Below, in pieces: positions 19,795 to 28,891 of a stretch of 64,000 nucleotides of DNA. The notes beneath the pieces are model-generated. The model saw nothing but the letters and a program-made list of their open reading frames with translations, ran no database searches and was not told the DNA's origin. The translations under genes were made by a program, and so were the position numbers. Origin of the DNA: a virus (taxonomy: Duplodnaviria > Heunggongvirae > Uroviricota > Caudoviricetes); the IMG/VR virus record IMGVR_UViG_3300018080_000113, positions 64,097 through 128,096 of that record. One strand, written 5' to 3'. The number at the start of each line of letters is the position of its first letter. The first letter of the stretch is position 1.

Positions 19795-20409
19795 ATGAGA
19801 TGGTTAATGATTGTAATACTGTTATGCACAGCATGTGAAATGCCAGACGCGAAAGAATCCTTTGCATTTATTACCATTATAGGAGAGGATGGCGAACTAA
19901 AAGCTGGCTCTGGCTTCATGTTAGAAACCGGCTATATTGCGACTGCACATCATGTCGCCAAACACAAAGGCACAATGTTCGTAAAAAACTTTGAAGGAGA
20001 AGAAACAACAGCAACAGTTGCATATGTTAACAGTACATCAGATATTGCACTTATAAAACCTAAAGAAGATGTATGGACACATGCATTAGAGACAGGAAAA
20101 GTAAGTTCAGGGGGACTAAGAAGAGGCTGTATTATTGGCCGAGCAAGCAACGACATATCTTCTCTGGACATAATGACACTTTGTGGAACTATGGGCCTAT
20201 CTGACGACCATGTAAGGATGATTGGGAGCACTGCTAAATCTGGTATGAGTGGAGGTCCATGCATAGTAGATGGCTATGCAGTAGGAGTCATGTCATTCTC
20301 AACAAGACGAAAAGGAAAAGACGAAATCGGTTTTGGATTTGCAACATGTGACACATTTGCACTGTCAACAGATTACATCGAAGTACTCCAACCAGGAGAA
20401 AACGAATGA
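19795..20409 (+). CDS. secreted trypsin-like (S1/chymotrypsin-fold) serine protease with N-terminal signal/lipobox
   Basis: Catalytic triad contexts TAHHV (His), DIALIK (Asp) and GMSGGP (Ser). N-terminus MRWLMIVILLCTAC. Confidence 0.7.
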   Translation: MRWLMIVILLCTACEMPDAKESFAFITIIGEDGELKAGSGFMLETGYIATAHHVAKHKGTMFVKNFEGEETTATVAYVNSTSDIALIKPKEDVWTHALETGKVSSGGLRRGCIIGRASNDISSLDIMTLCGTMGLSDDHVRMIGSTAKSGMSGGPCIVDGYAVGVMSFSTRRKGKDEIGFGFATCDTFALSTDYIEVLQPGENE

Positions 20410-20609
20410 CAATACGTAATAAAGAAACAAAAGAAACAACAGGCTTTTGTCATAATTGCAACGAAGAAGTTACTATCCAAATAGAAGAAGGTGAGGTGCT
20501 AGTATATTCAATCGACGACAAAAAGTTCTGGTCACACTACACACTGCGCTGCTGCAAAGCATGTAGTCAATGTCTCCATCAAACCAACACTGACTGCTAC
20601 ATAGAATAA
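20406..20609 (+). CDS. zinc-finger-like small protein
   Basis: CHNCNEE ... CCKACSQC. Confidence 0.45.
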   Translation: MTIRNKETKETTGFCHNCNEEVTIQIEEGEVLVYSIDDKKFWSHYTLRCCKACSQCLHQTNTDCYIE

Positions 20610-20619
20610 GACAAATACA

Positions 20620-20874
20620 ATGCTACCAAACATTCAAAACCAAATGTACCAACTAATGCAAAACGCCAAAAACAAAACAAACACCAAGTCAGACTCAAAG
20701 GCACTAAGGTACCTAAACGAAGCACTTGAAGGAAAAGAACCTAGCTTCAGAGAAGACCCTGAATTCTGGCTGAACAACCTAGACGCCACGCTAGAAGCCA
20801 TAAGGGACCATATGGACGAAGAAAGAATTAGGATGGTCATCGAAGAACTAGAAGGTTATCTCGAAACAATCTAA
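20620..20874 (+). CDS. hypothetical protein
   Basis: 84-aa ORF. Confidence 0.45.
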   Translation: MLPNIQNQMYQLMQNAKNKTNTKSDSKALRYLNEALEGKEPSFREDPEFWLNNLDATLEAIRDHMDEERIRMVIEELEGYLETI

Positions 20875-20894
20875 AAACACAAAAGGCAAACACA

Positions 20895-21083
20895 ATGAAA
20901 AGTTTAATTATAGTATGCTTATTCGCTCTTTTAGCCGGATGCAACAATGGGCTCGTCGTCCTTGAAGGCTATGAACATGCAACAGTCATCTGTGGCAATT
21001 CACTTATCATCAACGATGGTCATTACAATGACCCAGAAATCAAAGAGATTGTAAAACTCGCAGAAGAACGGTGCCCCAAGTAA
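20895..21083 (+). CDS. small lipoprotein
   Basis: Classic lipobox LLAGC after MKSLIIVCLFA. Confidence 0.5.
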   Translation: MKSLIIVCLFALLAGCNNGLVVLEGYEHATVICGNSLIINDGHYNDPEIKEIVKLAEERCPK

Positions 21084-21271
21084 ACAAGGTAAATACAATG
21101 CAAAAGAAAACGCTCGTCAAGAAAGCAAAGTGGGCTCTTAAACACAAATACTCATCTGTAACAAAAAGCGAAAAGGAAATGCTCGAAGAGTTTTTGACAG
21201 CTCCAACAGACCAAGAACAAATTGTACGAGCTGTTAAAGAAATCATCACAAATATTGCCAACGAGAAATAA
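21071..21271 (+). CDS. hypothetical protein
   Basis: 66-aa ORF. Confidence 0.4.
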   Translation: MPQVNKVNTMQKKTLVKKAKWALKHKYSSVTKSEKEMLEEFLTAPTDQEQIVRAVKEIITNIANEK

Positions 21272-21288
21272 AACAACAGGAGGCAGTC

Positions 21289-21435
21289 GTGCAAGAAGTA
21301 CCAAAGCCCGTTGAAACAACACCATGTGCTCTTTGCAGCAAAGAAACAGCAGTATGGTTTACAAACCAACATGGTAAGAAAGTAGGGCTCTGTGACGAAT
21401 GTGACAAGGTATTTGTACAGATGCTCACAGAATAG
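21289..21435 (+). CDS. zinc-ribbon protein, GTG start (48 aa)
   Basis: AGGAGG SD 5 nt upstream of GTG. CALC ... CDEC motif. Not in the ORF track because it is under 60 aa. Confidence 0.4.
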   Translation: MQEVPKPVETTPCALCSKETAVWFTNQHGKKVGLCDECDKVFVQMLTE

Positions 21436-21560
21436 GAATGCGAATCTAAACCACGCAAATGCGTGGCATAAGCACACACAAAACCGGAGAAAAGCAAATG
21501 AAAAGAACAAATCGTGTGTTTCTTTACAAGAACAACAGGAAAATAAAAAGGAACAAATCA

Positions 21561-21752
21561 ATGAAACTTAGCGTACTATCATTTTCAATACTACACCTAA
21601 TACAACTAGCAATCATTGCCATTATCTTCTCATTCTTCTTCTGGGTTGTCTATTCAGGTGTCTCATGGCTGACAAGTGGAGAAGTAGGCAAAGATGTTGG
21701 TGCCTTCGCAGGAGAGGTACAACAAGGCTTCCAGGAAGGACAGCAACGATGA
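21561..21752 (+). CDS. small membrane protein
   Basis: Internal ATG of ORF 21459..21752 at the start of the hydrophobic segment. Confidence 0.4.
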   Translation: MKLSVLSFSILHLIQLAIIAIIFSFFFWVVYSGVSWLTSGEVGKDVGAFAGEVQQGFQEGQQR

Positions 21753-22492
21753 AACATATCATCTGGTTAATGCTGCTAATGGCAGGATGTTGGCCAGAAT
21801 GCAATCAAGACGACCTTAAGTGGTGTCACTGTCAAAAGGATAGTCACCTACTTCAATGTGAAGCAGACGGATGGTGGGAAGACTGTGACTGTTATGATAA
21901 TGGCGGCACAGGAAGAAATCCTAACCTGCCATATGATTCAGACGAAGGAGGAACAAACTACAGCAGCTTCTTAGAATACTTCCCAAACTGTCAAGAGTCA
22001 TATATTGATGATTGCAACTGGGATGAAATCAAAATTCCTTGTACAAACTTATGTTGGAGACGTTGCCCGGCAGGTCAAGAATGGGACGGTGCAGCATGCA
22101 CAGGATACCCAGAATACCTTGCTCACGAAACAATTCAAGATATGTGCAAAGAATACAATCCTGATTATAGATTTCCAACATTAGAAGAGGTGACATCTCT
22201 AACAACTAAATGTTACCCAGGTACATTTGACTATACATCCGTTAACTATTGTTCTCCATATCAAGAGAGTGCATTAAGATTTGTAATCGACCCGCCATGG
22301 GAAACTGCATTCGATACATGGATAGGACAATTAGATTGGTGTATAGACAAATACGGATTTGAAAAGAAGTCATGTGCATGGATAGGCAAGTTTTATATTG
22401 ACATAAAGCTAGAAACCGAAATGAACTGGCTAGTTGGACATGGTGGTTATGGTTCAGCAATGTCAGGAGGCATGTGCGTAAGGAACAAATAA
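21749..22492 (+). CDS. Cys/Trp-rich secreted lipoprotein, possible DUF1566 (Lcl C-terminal-like) domain
   Basis: Start at internal ATG 21749 (MKHIIWLMLLMAGC lipobox). Motif EYNPDYRFPTLEEVTSL resembles the DWRLPTxxEL motif. Confidence 0.45.
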   Translation: MKHIIWLMLLMAGCWPECNQDDLKWCHCQKDSHLLQCEADGWWEDCDCYDNGGTGRNPNLPYDSDEGGTNYSSFLEYFPNCQESYIDDCNWDEIKIPCTNLCWRRCPAGQEWDGAACTGYPEYLAHETIQDMCKEYNPDYRFPTLEEVTSLTTKCYPGTFDYTSVNYCSPYQESALRFVIDPPWETAFDTWIGQLDWCIDKYGFEKKSCAWIGKFYIDIKLETEMNWLVGHGGYGSAMSGGMCVRNK

Positions 22493-22493
22493 A

Positions 22494-22724
22494 ATGAGCA
22501 GAATGAAATACATCATGGTTGATGGCAATCGACCAGTCATTTTCTTAGATACATGGTTTCATGATGACATGGCTCGCATGATAGGAGCAAAAAGAATTAC
22601 AGGAGCAGGATTCTTTACTATTGTAAATGGCCGTGCTCATTGTTATGGAGAAAGCGCAAGCCTTGGAATAAAAGCCCACAAAGATGATTCATATTGGGTA
22701 AACAATGCTCTTGAAATAGAGTAA
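22494..22724 (+). CDS. hypothetical protein
   Basis: 76-aa ORF. Confidence 0.45.
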   Translation: MSRMKYIMVDGNRPVIFLDTWFHDDMARMIGAKRITGAGFFTIVNGRAHCYGESASLGIKAHKDDSYWVNNALEIE

Positions 22725-22734
22725 AGGAAAAATA

Positions 22735-23115
22735 ATGGATTCTAACAAATTGATAAGTGAAGCAGAAGCAATGTCCAGGGTACTAGATTCACTGGTAGAC
22801 AGATATCTCACACATGCTGTCGTAGAAATGAGGAAAACAATTCACAAGGCAATAGGTTTTAATGACCTAGACCAAGAAGCAAACCAAAACTTAGATGGAG
22901 CAATTTGGTCAACAATTGCCAAAATTTCAGGAGAAGAAACAAAAAAACAAGGGAAAAGATTCATTCAAGAAATGAAGAAAAGGATTCTAGAGAATCCTAC
23001 TAATGTCCCAGATTTTCTGCGTAATTCAATTAATGAACTCAGTGAAACACCAGAGTTCAAAGACAAGAATGACAATACTCCCCCACTAACGACAACCAAG
23101 GTAGAGGAAGCGTAA
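22735..23115 (+). CDS. hypothetical protein
   Basis: 126-aa ORF. Confidence 0.45.
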   Translation: MDSNKLISEAEAMSRVLDSLVDRYLTHAVVEMRKTIHKAIGFNDLDQEANQNLDGAIWSTIAKISGEETKKQGKRFIQEMKKRILENPTNVPDFLRNSINELSETPEFKDKNDNTPPLTTTKVEEA

Positions 23116-23933
23116 TGAAGGTTCTGATTATGCGAGGCATATCAGGCTCAGGCAAGAGCACATATGCTAACAACATTGCCAAACAATCTGACAAAGCAAT
23201 CATTTGTTCTGCTGACAACTTCTGGATTGATGATGTAGGCAATTACAACTTTGACCGAAACAGACTCAGTGAAGCTCATGCATGGTGCTACGCTCACTTT
23301 GTAGGAACACTAACAACTAACTATCATGACATTGTAATTGTGGACAATACAAACACTCAACTATCTGAAATAGCTCCATACATTGCACATGCCAACTATC
23401 ACAATGCAGACATTGAAATTGTTAGGTGTGTATGCCCGCATGAAGAAGCAGCTAAACGTAACGTTCATGGCGTACCTGCAAAGACTGTTGAGTCAATGCA
23501 GAAACGTATGCAATCTCTACCAAGACATTGGCCGAAAGAAACAATTGTAGAAACAGACTTGCCATTTCTGCAAAGACTAACAAACGAGTGCGAGGTAATA
23601 CAACCACTGAAACTAACAAACAAATGTGACCAATGTGACCATTGGGATTGTTGTAGTGACTGTACAGAACTAACAGGAGAAGAAATAGTTCCAGCAGGAT
23701 TCGACAGTAAACTCTGTTGGGATATCCACAAAGAACTAGATAGACTCGAAACAGGTCTAAGTGCTCAATACAAAATTACAAAAGGAAAAATAGAAATAAG
23801 TAATTGCTGGAGTAGATTTGGACCATACGACGCAGTATTGTTACTTGAATGTTTAGAGTCAATTAAAGGTGACAAAACCGACGAAGACATCATAAGAACA
23901 ATCAAAATGAATTTTGGAGGAAGCCCATTCTAA
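23115..23933 (+). CDS. P-loop kinase (polynucleotide-kinase / AAA_33-like N-domain) with Cys-rich C-terminal domain
   Basis: GISGSGKST Walker A in the first 15 residues, followed by a downstream Asp (CSADNF). Confidence 0.55.
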   Translation: MKVLIMRGISGSGKSTYANNIAKQSDKAIICSADNFWIDDVGNYNFDRNRLSEAHAWCYAHFVGTLTTNYHDIVIVDNTNTQLSEIAPYIAHANYHNADIEIVRCVCPHEEAAKRNVHGVPAKTVESMQKRMQSLPRHWPKETIVETDLPFLQRLTNECEVIQPLKLTNKCDQCDHWDCCSDCTELTGEEIVPAGFDSKLCWDIHKELDRLETGLSAQYKITKGKIEISNCWSRFGPYDAVLLLECLESIKGDKTDEDIIRTIKMNFGGSPF

Positions 23934-24141
23934 AGGAGCAAACATGAGTCTACTTCTAATTGTTGGCAACTACTTCCTATGGTCTCTATTTACCTTGGTA
24001 AGTGGAGTCATAGGAGGATATGGTCTTGCAGCAGGCTTTGATGGTTTCAAGAGAACAAAGCTGTGGCTTAAGAACAACAAGAATTCTAACTATGTAAGTG
24101 GGCTAGAGGAAGAAATGCTCGCAGGAGGAGCAAAGACATAA
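23914..24141 (+). CDS. small membrane protein
   Basis: 75-aa ORF with a TM segment. Confidence 0.4.
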   Translation: MEEAHSKGANMSLLLIVGNYFLWSLFTLVSGVIGGYGLAAGFDGFKRTKLWLKNNKNSNYVSGLEEEMLAGGAKT

Positions 24142-24142
24142 C

Positions 24143-24562
24143 ATGACAGACCCAATCATCAGTCAGATGGATAGCCTAGACGAAGGCAACAGACCTACCG
24201 ACATGGATGATGAAGGAGGATTGGCAGAAGACTTAACGCTTCCACCAAAGAAATACGAGAAGCTTGATGTCAATGGTCAAGAGTATGACCTGCGTAAGAG
24301 AAATGAAGTACACGAGGCACAAGAAGCAACGGAGGACTATCGAGAAGACTTAAGATATGGCGAACTCGATGAGTACGAAGAAAAGTCAACTGAACCATTT
24401 GGAGGTGGCCGATCAAGATTGTTCTATGACGAACTAAGAACCAGAATGGCCTGTGACTATCATGATGGTAAACATGATTTATCATGGGAACAACAAGATG
24501 CTGAGTGTAAACGAATCATTAAGATTCGTATCGCAGAATTCAAAGCTGAAAGTAAAGGATAA
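24143..24562 (+). CDS. acidic protein
   Basis: 139-aa ORF. Confidence 0.45.
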   Translation: MTDPIISQMDSLDEGNRPTDMDDEGGLAEDLTLPPKKYEKLDVNGQEYDLRKRNEVHEAQEATEDYREDLRYGELDEYEEKSTEPFGGGRSRLFYDELRTRMACDYHDGKHDLSWEQQDAECKRIIKIRIAEFKAESKG

Positions 24563-24771
24563 TGAGTAACGACTGGGAAAAAGACAGAAGAAGACAACGT
24601 CGAGCACATAAGAAACGTGACAAACAAGGTGACAAAGGTCATAAGGCAGGACTAAAGCAACAACATGAAGAAGAGTACCTGTATGATCTCGAAGAGATTT
24701 ACCAGGAATGGGAGGAGGACGAAGAAGATGCAGAATATGTTGATATCCACCACTACGAAGAATCTAATTAA
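24562..24771 (+). CDS. small basic/acidic protein
   Basis: 69-aa ORF. Confidence 0.4.
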   Translation: MSNDWEKDRRRQRRAHKKRDKQGDKGHKAGLKQQHEEEYLYDLEEIYQEWEEDEEDAEYVDIHHYEESN

Positions 24772-24790
24772 TGACATCAACTTAGACCTT

Positions 24791-25087
24791 ATGCCAAATA
24801 TGCCAACACAAGTTGACTTTGGTATGATGCCATCTGCTGATTCAACAAAAGTCTTCGGTGCTCTACAGTATGGGTACCGGAGAGGACACTTTACTGCACA
24901 AGAGCTAAACAGTGCATTGGGTAATGGCAAAGCTCTTACCAAGCTAGTCGATAGGCCAGATAATGCATACGGTCACAATATAGTCATCAAGACTGCATGG
25001 GATAATGTGCACGAAGAAGAAGACGAGTACCATGTAGAGCGTGAGAGAACTCGGGAACAAGCAACAGCAGACCGAGAAGAACTGTAA
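24791..25087 (+). CDS. hypothetical protein (start uncertain)
   Basis: Internal ATG of ORF 24665..25087, downstream of the preceding gene's stop. Confidence 0.35.
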   Translation: MPNMPTQVDFGMMPSADSTKVFGALQYGYRRGHFTAQELNSALGNGKALTKLVDRPDNAYGHNIVIKTAWDNVHEEEDEYHVERERTREQATADREEL

Positions 25088-25115
25088 GACCAGCCTACAA
25101 AGGCAGGAGAGAACG

Positions 25116-25385
25116 ATGTCAAAGAAGAAAGTAAAGAAACAAAAGACAGAAAAGAAAAAGCCAAACATCTTCATGAGAGCTTCAAAGAGTATTAGCTCAA
25201 CAGTTAGCTCATGGAATGGAGAACGTAAGCATCGTAAGGTTAAGAAGCAAGAAATGAAAGAGTTGGCTATGTGTCTTGCCGATGACATAAAAGTACAGGC
25301 CGACAAGATAGCACTGCTTGAACTCGCAAAAAGACAAGAAAAGAGAGCAGCAGAACTTCGTCTGATGGCAGAGGAAATTGTCTGA
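25116..25385 (+). CDS. Lys-rich basic protein
   Basis: Internal ATG with GGAGAG SD (track ORF 25041..25385). Confidence 0.4.
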   Translation: MSKKKVKKQKTEKKKPNIFMRASKSISSTVSSWNGERKHRKVKKQEMKELAMCLADDIKVQADKIALLELAKRQEKRAAELRLMAEEIV

Positions 25386-25870
25386 TGATATTTCACATCT
25401 TTGGAGGGCAATGTTCAGGCAAGACATCAGTTGTAAACAAGTTAGACCCTGAACGGTTTGCACACTGGGATATTCTTGAAGACTTCTACATTCCCAAAGG
25501 CATTATCAAAGACAATCAGATGGATTGGGACAGTTGGAGAGAACATAAAGACGAAATTGGAAAAGACATTAAGGAATTTGCTGTACAAAACTCCAACAAA
25601 CACTTATTGATTGAGTCATCAGGGCTTAACAAGAAAATAAACGAAACAATTAAACAACTTGGAACTGTAACGCCAATAAACATGGGTGTTCCATCAGAGA
25701 AAGAGAGCATTAAGAGAGCTAAGGCTCGTGGGTTTAGCTCCAAGCAAGTCAAAGACTTCAATAGTGCTGCTCGCTTCAGATTTGCCAGACTCTCAGAAAT
25801 ACTACCAAGTATGTTGTCTATTGATGAAGCAGTAGCTCTTATCATAGAGAAAGAAGAGACCGACAAATGA
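25385..25870 (+). CDS. P-loop NTPase/kinase-like protein
   Basis: Walker A GGQCSGKTS at the N-terminus. Confidence 0.5.
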   Translation: MIFHIFGGQCSGKTSVVNKLDPERFAHWDILEDFYIPKGIIKDNQMDWDSWREHKDEIGKDIKEFAVQNSNKHLLIESSGLNKKINETIKQLGTVTPINMGVPSEKESIKRAKARGFSSKQVKDFNSAARFRFARLSEILPSMLSIDEAVALIIEKEETDK

Positions 25871-25948
25871 TTGCATTAATGGTAGCAGTATCGTTGGTAT
25901 CAACCATCATCATAATCTTGATAGTTAAGAATACAAAGGAAGAGACAG

Positions 25949-26518
25949 ATGTTAAAGAATTGGCAGCCGAAGAAAGCAGCCATCAGGATCAGGAAGACGT
26001 ATGACAGGGTAGACTTTCATGATACCTATGTCATAAAGACAGAAAAAGACATTCAGGATATTATTGCTCATATTCAAAGTCATCCAGATTCTTACTGTAG
26101 GAATATGGCTCGTGAAGATGGATTGACAGGTGTTCCAGACCTAGAAATTGACACAGAAACACAAGAAGCAGTTCCAAATGAACCTGACGTTCCAATCAAA
26201 GCAGTAGTTCACTATACATTCGTTACCAAGCAATACCAGAAGAAGAGCTATCCGATCATTCCAGCTGTATTAATCCTTATCGCAGCAATCATTCTTATCA
26301 ATGTGGTTATGCTATCAGACATAGCCAAAGCAGAGAGGCTTCGTGGCATGTGCAAGGTCTATTACCGACATGGTGAGGCTACTCACATTATGCTCGGAGA
26401 GAAAGAATTCGATCTCAACAACATGACACAAGAAGATATGGTGTTCCTCAATCCATGGGAAAGAGAAATACTACAAAACACTGACATATCTGAATGTCTT
26501 CGGATAGACAGGAGATAA
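25949..26518 (+). CDS. membrane protein
   Basis: 189-aa ORF with a central TM helix. Confidence 0.45.
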   Translation: MLKNWQPKKAAIRIRKTYDRVDFHDTYVIKTEKDIQDIIAHIQSHPDSYCRNMAREDGLTGVPDLEIDTETQEAVPNEPDVPIKAVVHYTFVTKQYQKKSYPIIPAVLILIAAIILINVVMLSDIAKAERLRGMCKVYYRHGEATHIMLGEKEFDLNNMTQEDMVFLNPWEREILQNTDISECLRIDRR

Positions 26519-26519
26519 C

Positions 26520-26876
26520 ATGGCCAACATCTTCTTCCTGTTGGTAATTGCATTTGGAGGAACATTCGGCTTAGTGTGGACTATCCACTATTTGCCTAAC
26601 TACAAGACACTGTTTGGATTTACATTCAGTCCAAGGCTAATGATTTGTAAGGCATTGGCTCCATTAGATGCAACACTAACACTAATCCTAACTGCTGGTG
26701 CATGGATTGGGGTAACTTCGGCAGTTACAGGAATTAACATGATGGTTTACAACGTTCTAACCGGTATTGGTATCAGTTGTGGTGTAGTGTTTGTCAAGAA
26801 AGTCATGATTCCCAAATGGGAAAGAGAATACAAACAAATGCGAAACGATTCAATAACAGTCAAAGAAGGATTCTAA
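26520..26876 (+). CDS. multi-pass membrane protein
   Basis: 118-aa ORF. Confidence 0.45.
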   Translation: MANIFFLLVIAFGGTFGLVWTIHYLPNYKTLFGFTFSPRLMICKALAPLDATLTLILTAGAWIGVTSAVTGINMMVYNVLTGIGISCGVVFVKKVMIPKWEREYKQMRNDSITVKEGF

Positions 26877-27092
26877 ATGTTCACCAAAGACGATTTGATT
26901 GCTATGCTTCTAATAATAGCTTTTTAGCTGCAGGGTCCATACTAGAAATACTAGCTGCCCAAAGCGAAGAGCACAAAAGAGAAGCTATTAAAAGGTGTGC
27001 GCCTTATCAAATGCAAATGTATGATGATCAAGTAACAGTATATGTTTAAGCCCAAAAGGACATAGTATAATCATAAACAAACAGGAGGAAGA

Positions 27093-27368
27093 ATGAGAAA
27101 CTTGTTGCACCAGTTTAAGCGTGCCGCAGGACACATGAAGAGCATCATCATGAAGCTCATGTCCAAGATGACAAAGGGAGCAACAGTATCAGCACGAGCC
27201 CTCGTAGAGGGTGTAACAGTTGCGGTGGCAGTACCGCTGGCAATTATACTGCTTGCTGTAAATGTTATTTGTCTTGTATTGTTTGCGGCATTTGGAGGTG
27301 TGCCTGCTGAAATTGCTCGTAACAAACGTAACAACGTAACAGTTCCAGTTGCAAGCACTGTTCATTAA
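27093..27368 (+). CDS. membrane protein
   Basis: 91-aa ORF with AGGAGG SD. Confidence 0.45.
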   Translation: MRNLLHQFKRAAGHMKSIIMKLMSKMTKGATVSARALVEGVTVAVAVPLAIILLAVNVICLVLFAAFGGVPAEIARNKRNNVTVPVASTVH

Positions 27369-27370
27369 AT

Positions 27371-27697
27371 ATGTCATACATTCGCAACTTAATATCACGT
27401 ACTTGTGACTTCTTTAGAGGAACACTTCATGTCGTAGGTACGTTGATAGGAATAAAATGGACAGGAGAATGGGGCGCACAAGGTCTTGTTATAGCCGGTT
27501 GGACATTCCTTATTGGTATACCAGTCGGCATGTTGTTGCTAGGCCCTACAACATTCTCTTTGGCAGGCTGGTTGTTTACAGTCTTAACAGTACTGATGAT
27601 TACAAACATGGACGATGCATTGATCATGATGAGTAATTATCTAACCTATGGTGTTGATGGCGAAGTCACAGACCCATATGAAGAAGAACAATGCTAG
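27371..27697 (+). CDS. membrane protein
   Basis: 108-aa ORF. Confidence 0.45.
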   Translation: MSYIRNLISRTCDFFRGTLHVVGTLIGIKWTGEWGAQGLVIAGWTFLIGIPVGMLLLGPTTFSLAGWLFTVLTVLMITNMDDALIMMSNYLTYGVDGEVTDPYEEEQC

Positions 27698-27867
27698 AAC
27701 TAATAATTCTCTATCTTGTTATTGGCATGATATTCAGCTTTTACCTAATCAACACAATTGAAGAAGCAGGCGGAGAAAAAGCATACAAAAGCGAAATGAT
27801 ATTTCCTGTGTTTTTTCTAGGTCTCGTGTGGCCAGTGTTGCTAGTGTTAAAAGTTACAGTCAAGTAA
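27694..27867 (+). CDS. small membrane protein (57 aa)
   Basis: ATGA overlap with the upstream gene; two hydrophobic segments. Confidence 0.3.
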   Translation, partial: LELIILYLVIGMIFSFYLINTIEEAGGEKAYKSEMIFPVFFLGLVWPVLLVLKVTVK

Positions 27868-28051
27868 ACATTCCGTTATTGTCACAGCATAATTTTACCT
27901 AGCAAACAAGTGAGTCTGTGAAGCTTATAAGTTATCACGAAAGCATTTTTTGTTAATTATTTCATTGTTTTACGAATAAATAGGAATGGTAATATACCGC
28001 AATAGACAGAGCGTGTAAGAATTTGCACGCAATTAGACAGAGGAGAAACAG

Positions 28052-28714
28052 ATGGCAGGAAGAGTAAAGGTCAAAGGCGTAATCGGAAACACACACTACA
28101 TGAAGCCTCACATGATTTGGGAAACAAAGGAACGTCAAGGCGAAAAGAAAAAAGTTCCGTTTATTACATTCAAGATGTGGGCAGATGATTACACTTTGCC
28201 ACTAATCCAAGGAAACAATGGCAAACAACGATATGACCGTTCTCCTATTCAGGTCATTCTTCCAGAAAGTCAACGTGGAATAAGTTTGTTCAAAAATCTT
28301 GCAGCGGGTCGTCATGTATTGATTTATGGCAAATTAACACACAGGCCTAACAGTGTTCTTGACCAAGAAAAGGCACAAGCAGCACTTGATGCATTTACCA
28401 AAGACAAAGACTACAAGAAATATGAAATTGCAACGAAAGAAGCAACAACAGTATATGCTAATCCAGTTATTTACATGGAAGACATTGAGTTCTTGGATGA
28501 ACAACCACTATATGTGGCAGAACGTGTAATAAACGTTCTTAAAGGAGAATGTAACGTTATTACTGACGAACAAGCGAATCAGTACTTCTCAGCATTTGAG
28601 AAATACTGGGAAGGTCTTCGCAAGACAACAGAAGAACGTATTGTCGAAGACAAGACTACCAAAACAGAACCAGTTCCCGAACCTACTGACCCAGACGATC
28701 TCGGACTTCAGTAG
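28052..28714 (+). CDS. single-stranded DNA-binding protein-like (OB fold with acidic C-terminal tail DPDDLGLQ)
   Basis: N-terminal MAGRVKVKGVIGN pattern, acidic tail, and GGAG SD after a 180-nt intergenic region. Confidence 0.45.
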   Translation: MAGRVKVKGVIGNTHYMKPHMIWETKERQGEKKKVPFITFKMWADDYTLPLIQGNNGKQRYDRSPIQVILPESQRGISLFKNLAAGRHVLIYGKLTHRPNSVLDQEKAQAALDAFTKDKDYKKYEIATKEATTVYANPVIYMEDIEFLDEQPLYVAERVINVLKGECNVITDEQANQYFSAFEKYWEGLRKTTEERIVEDKTTKTEPVPEPTDPDDLGLQ

Positions 28715-28891
28715 CACTCCTTCCTTCCTTAAACAGCTATTCCAATCAAGGATAAAGTTTATTTATACTAAACAGATAGACATATTACACATAGCATCGT
28801 GTCTAGAATCACTGTCTATCAAGCACAAGCTAGGTGACGCTGGAAGTCCTAGCATTCTACTAACAACATTACAAACAACATGGAGGTCTAG

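Noticed and set aside
26777-27049. ORF 26777..27049 (+) as a gene
   Set aside because: Overlaps the preceding membrane-protein gene by 100 nt in another frame, and its only internal ATGs lack SD. Left unannotated; a short frame-0 peptide at 26877 is also unconvincing.
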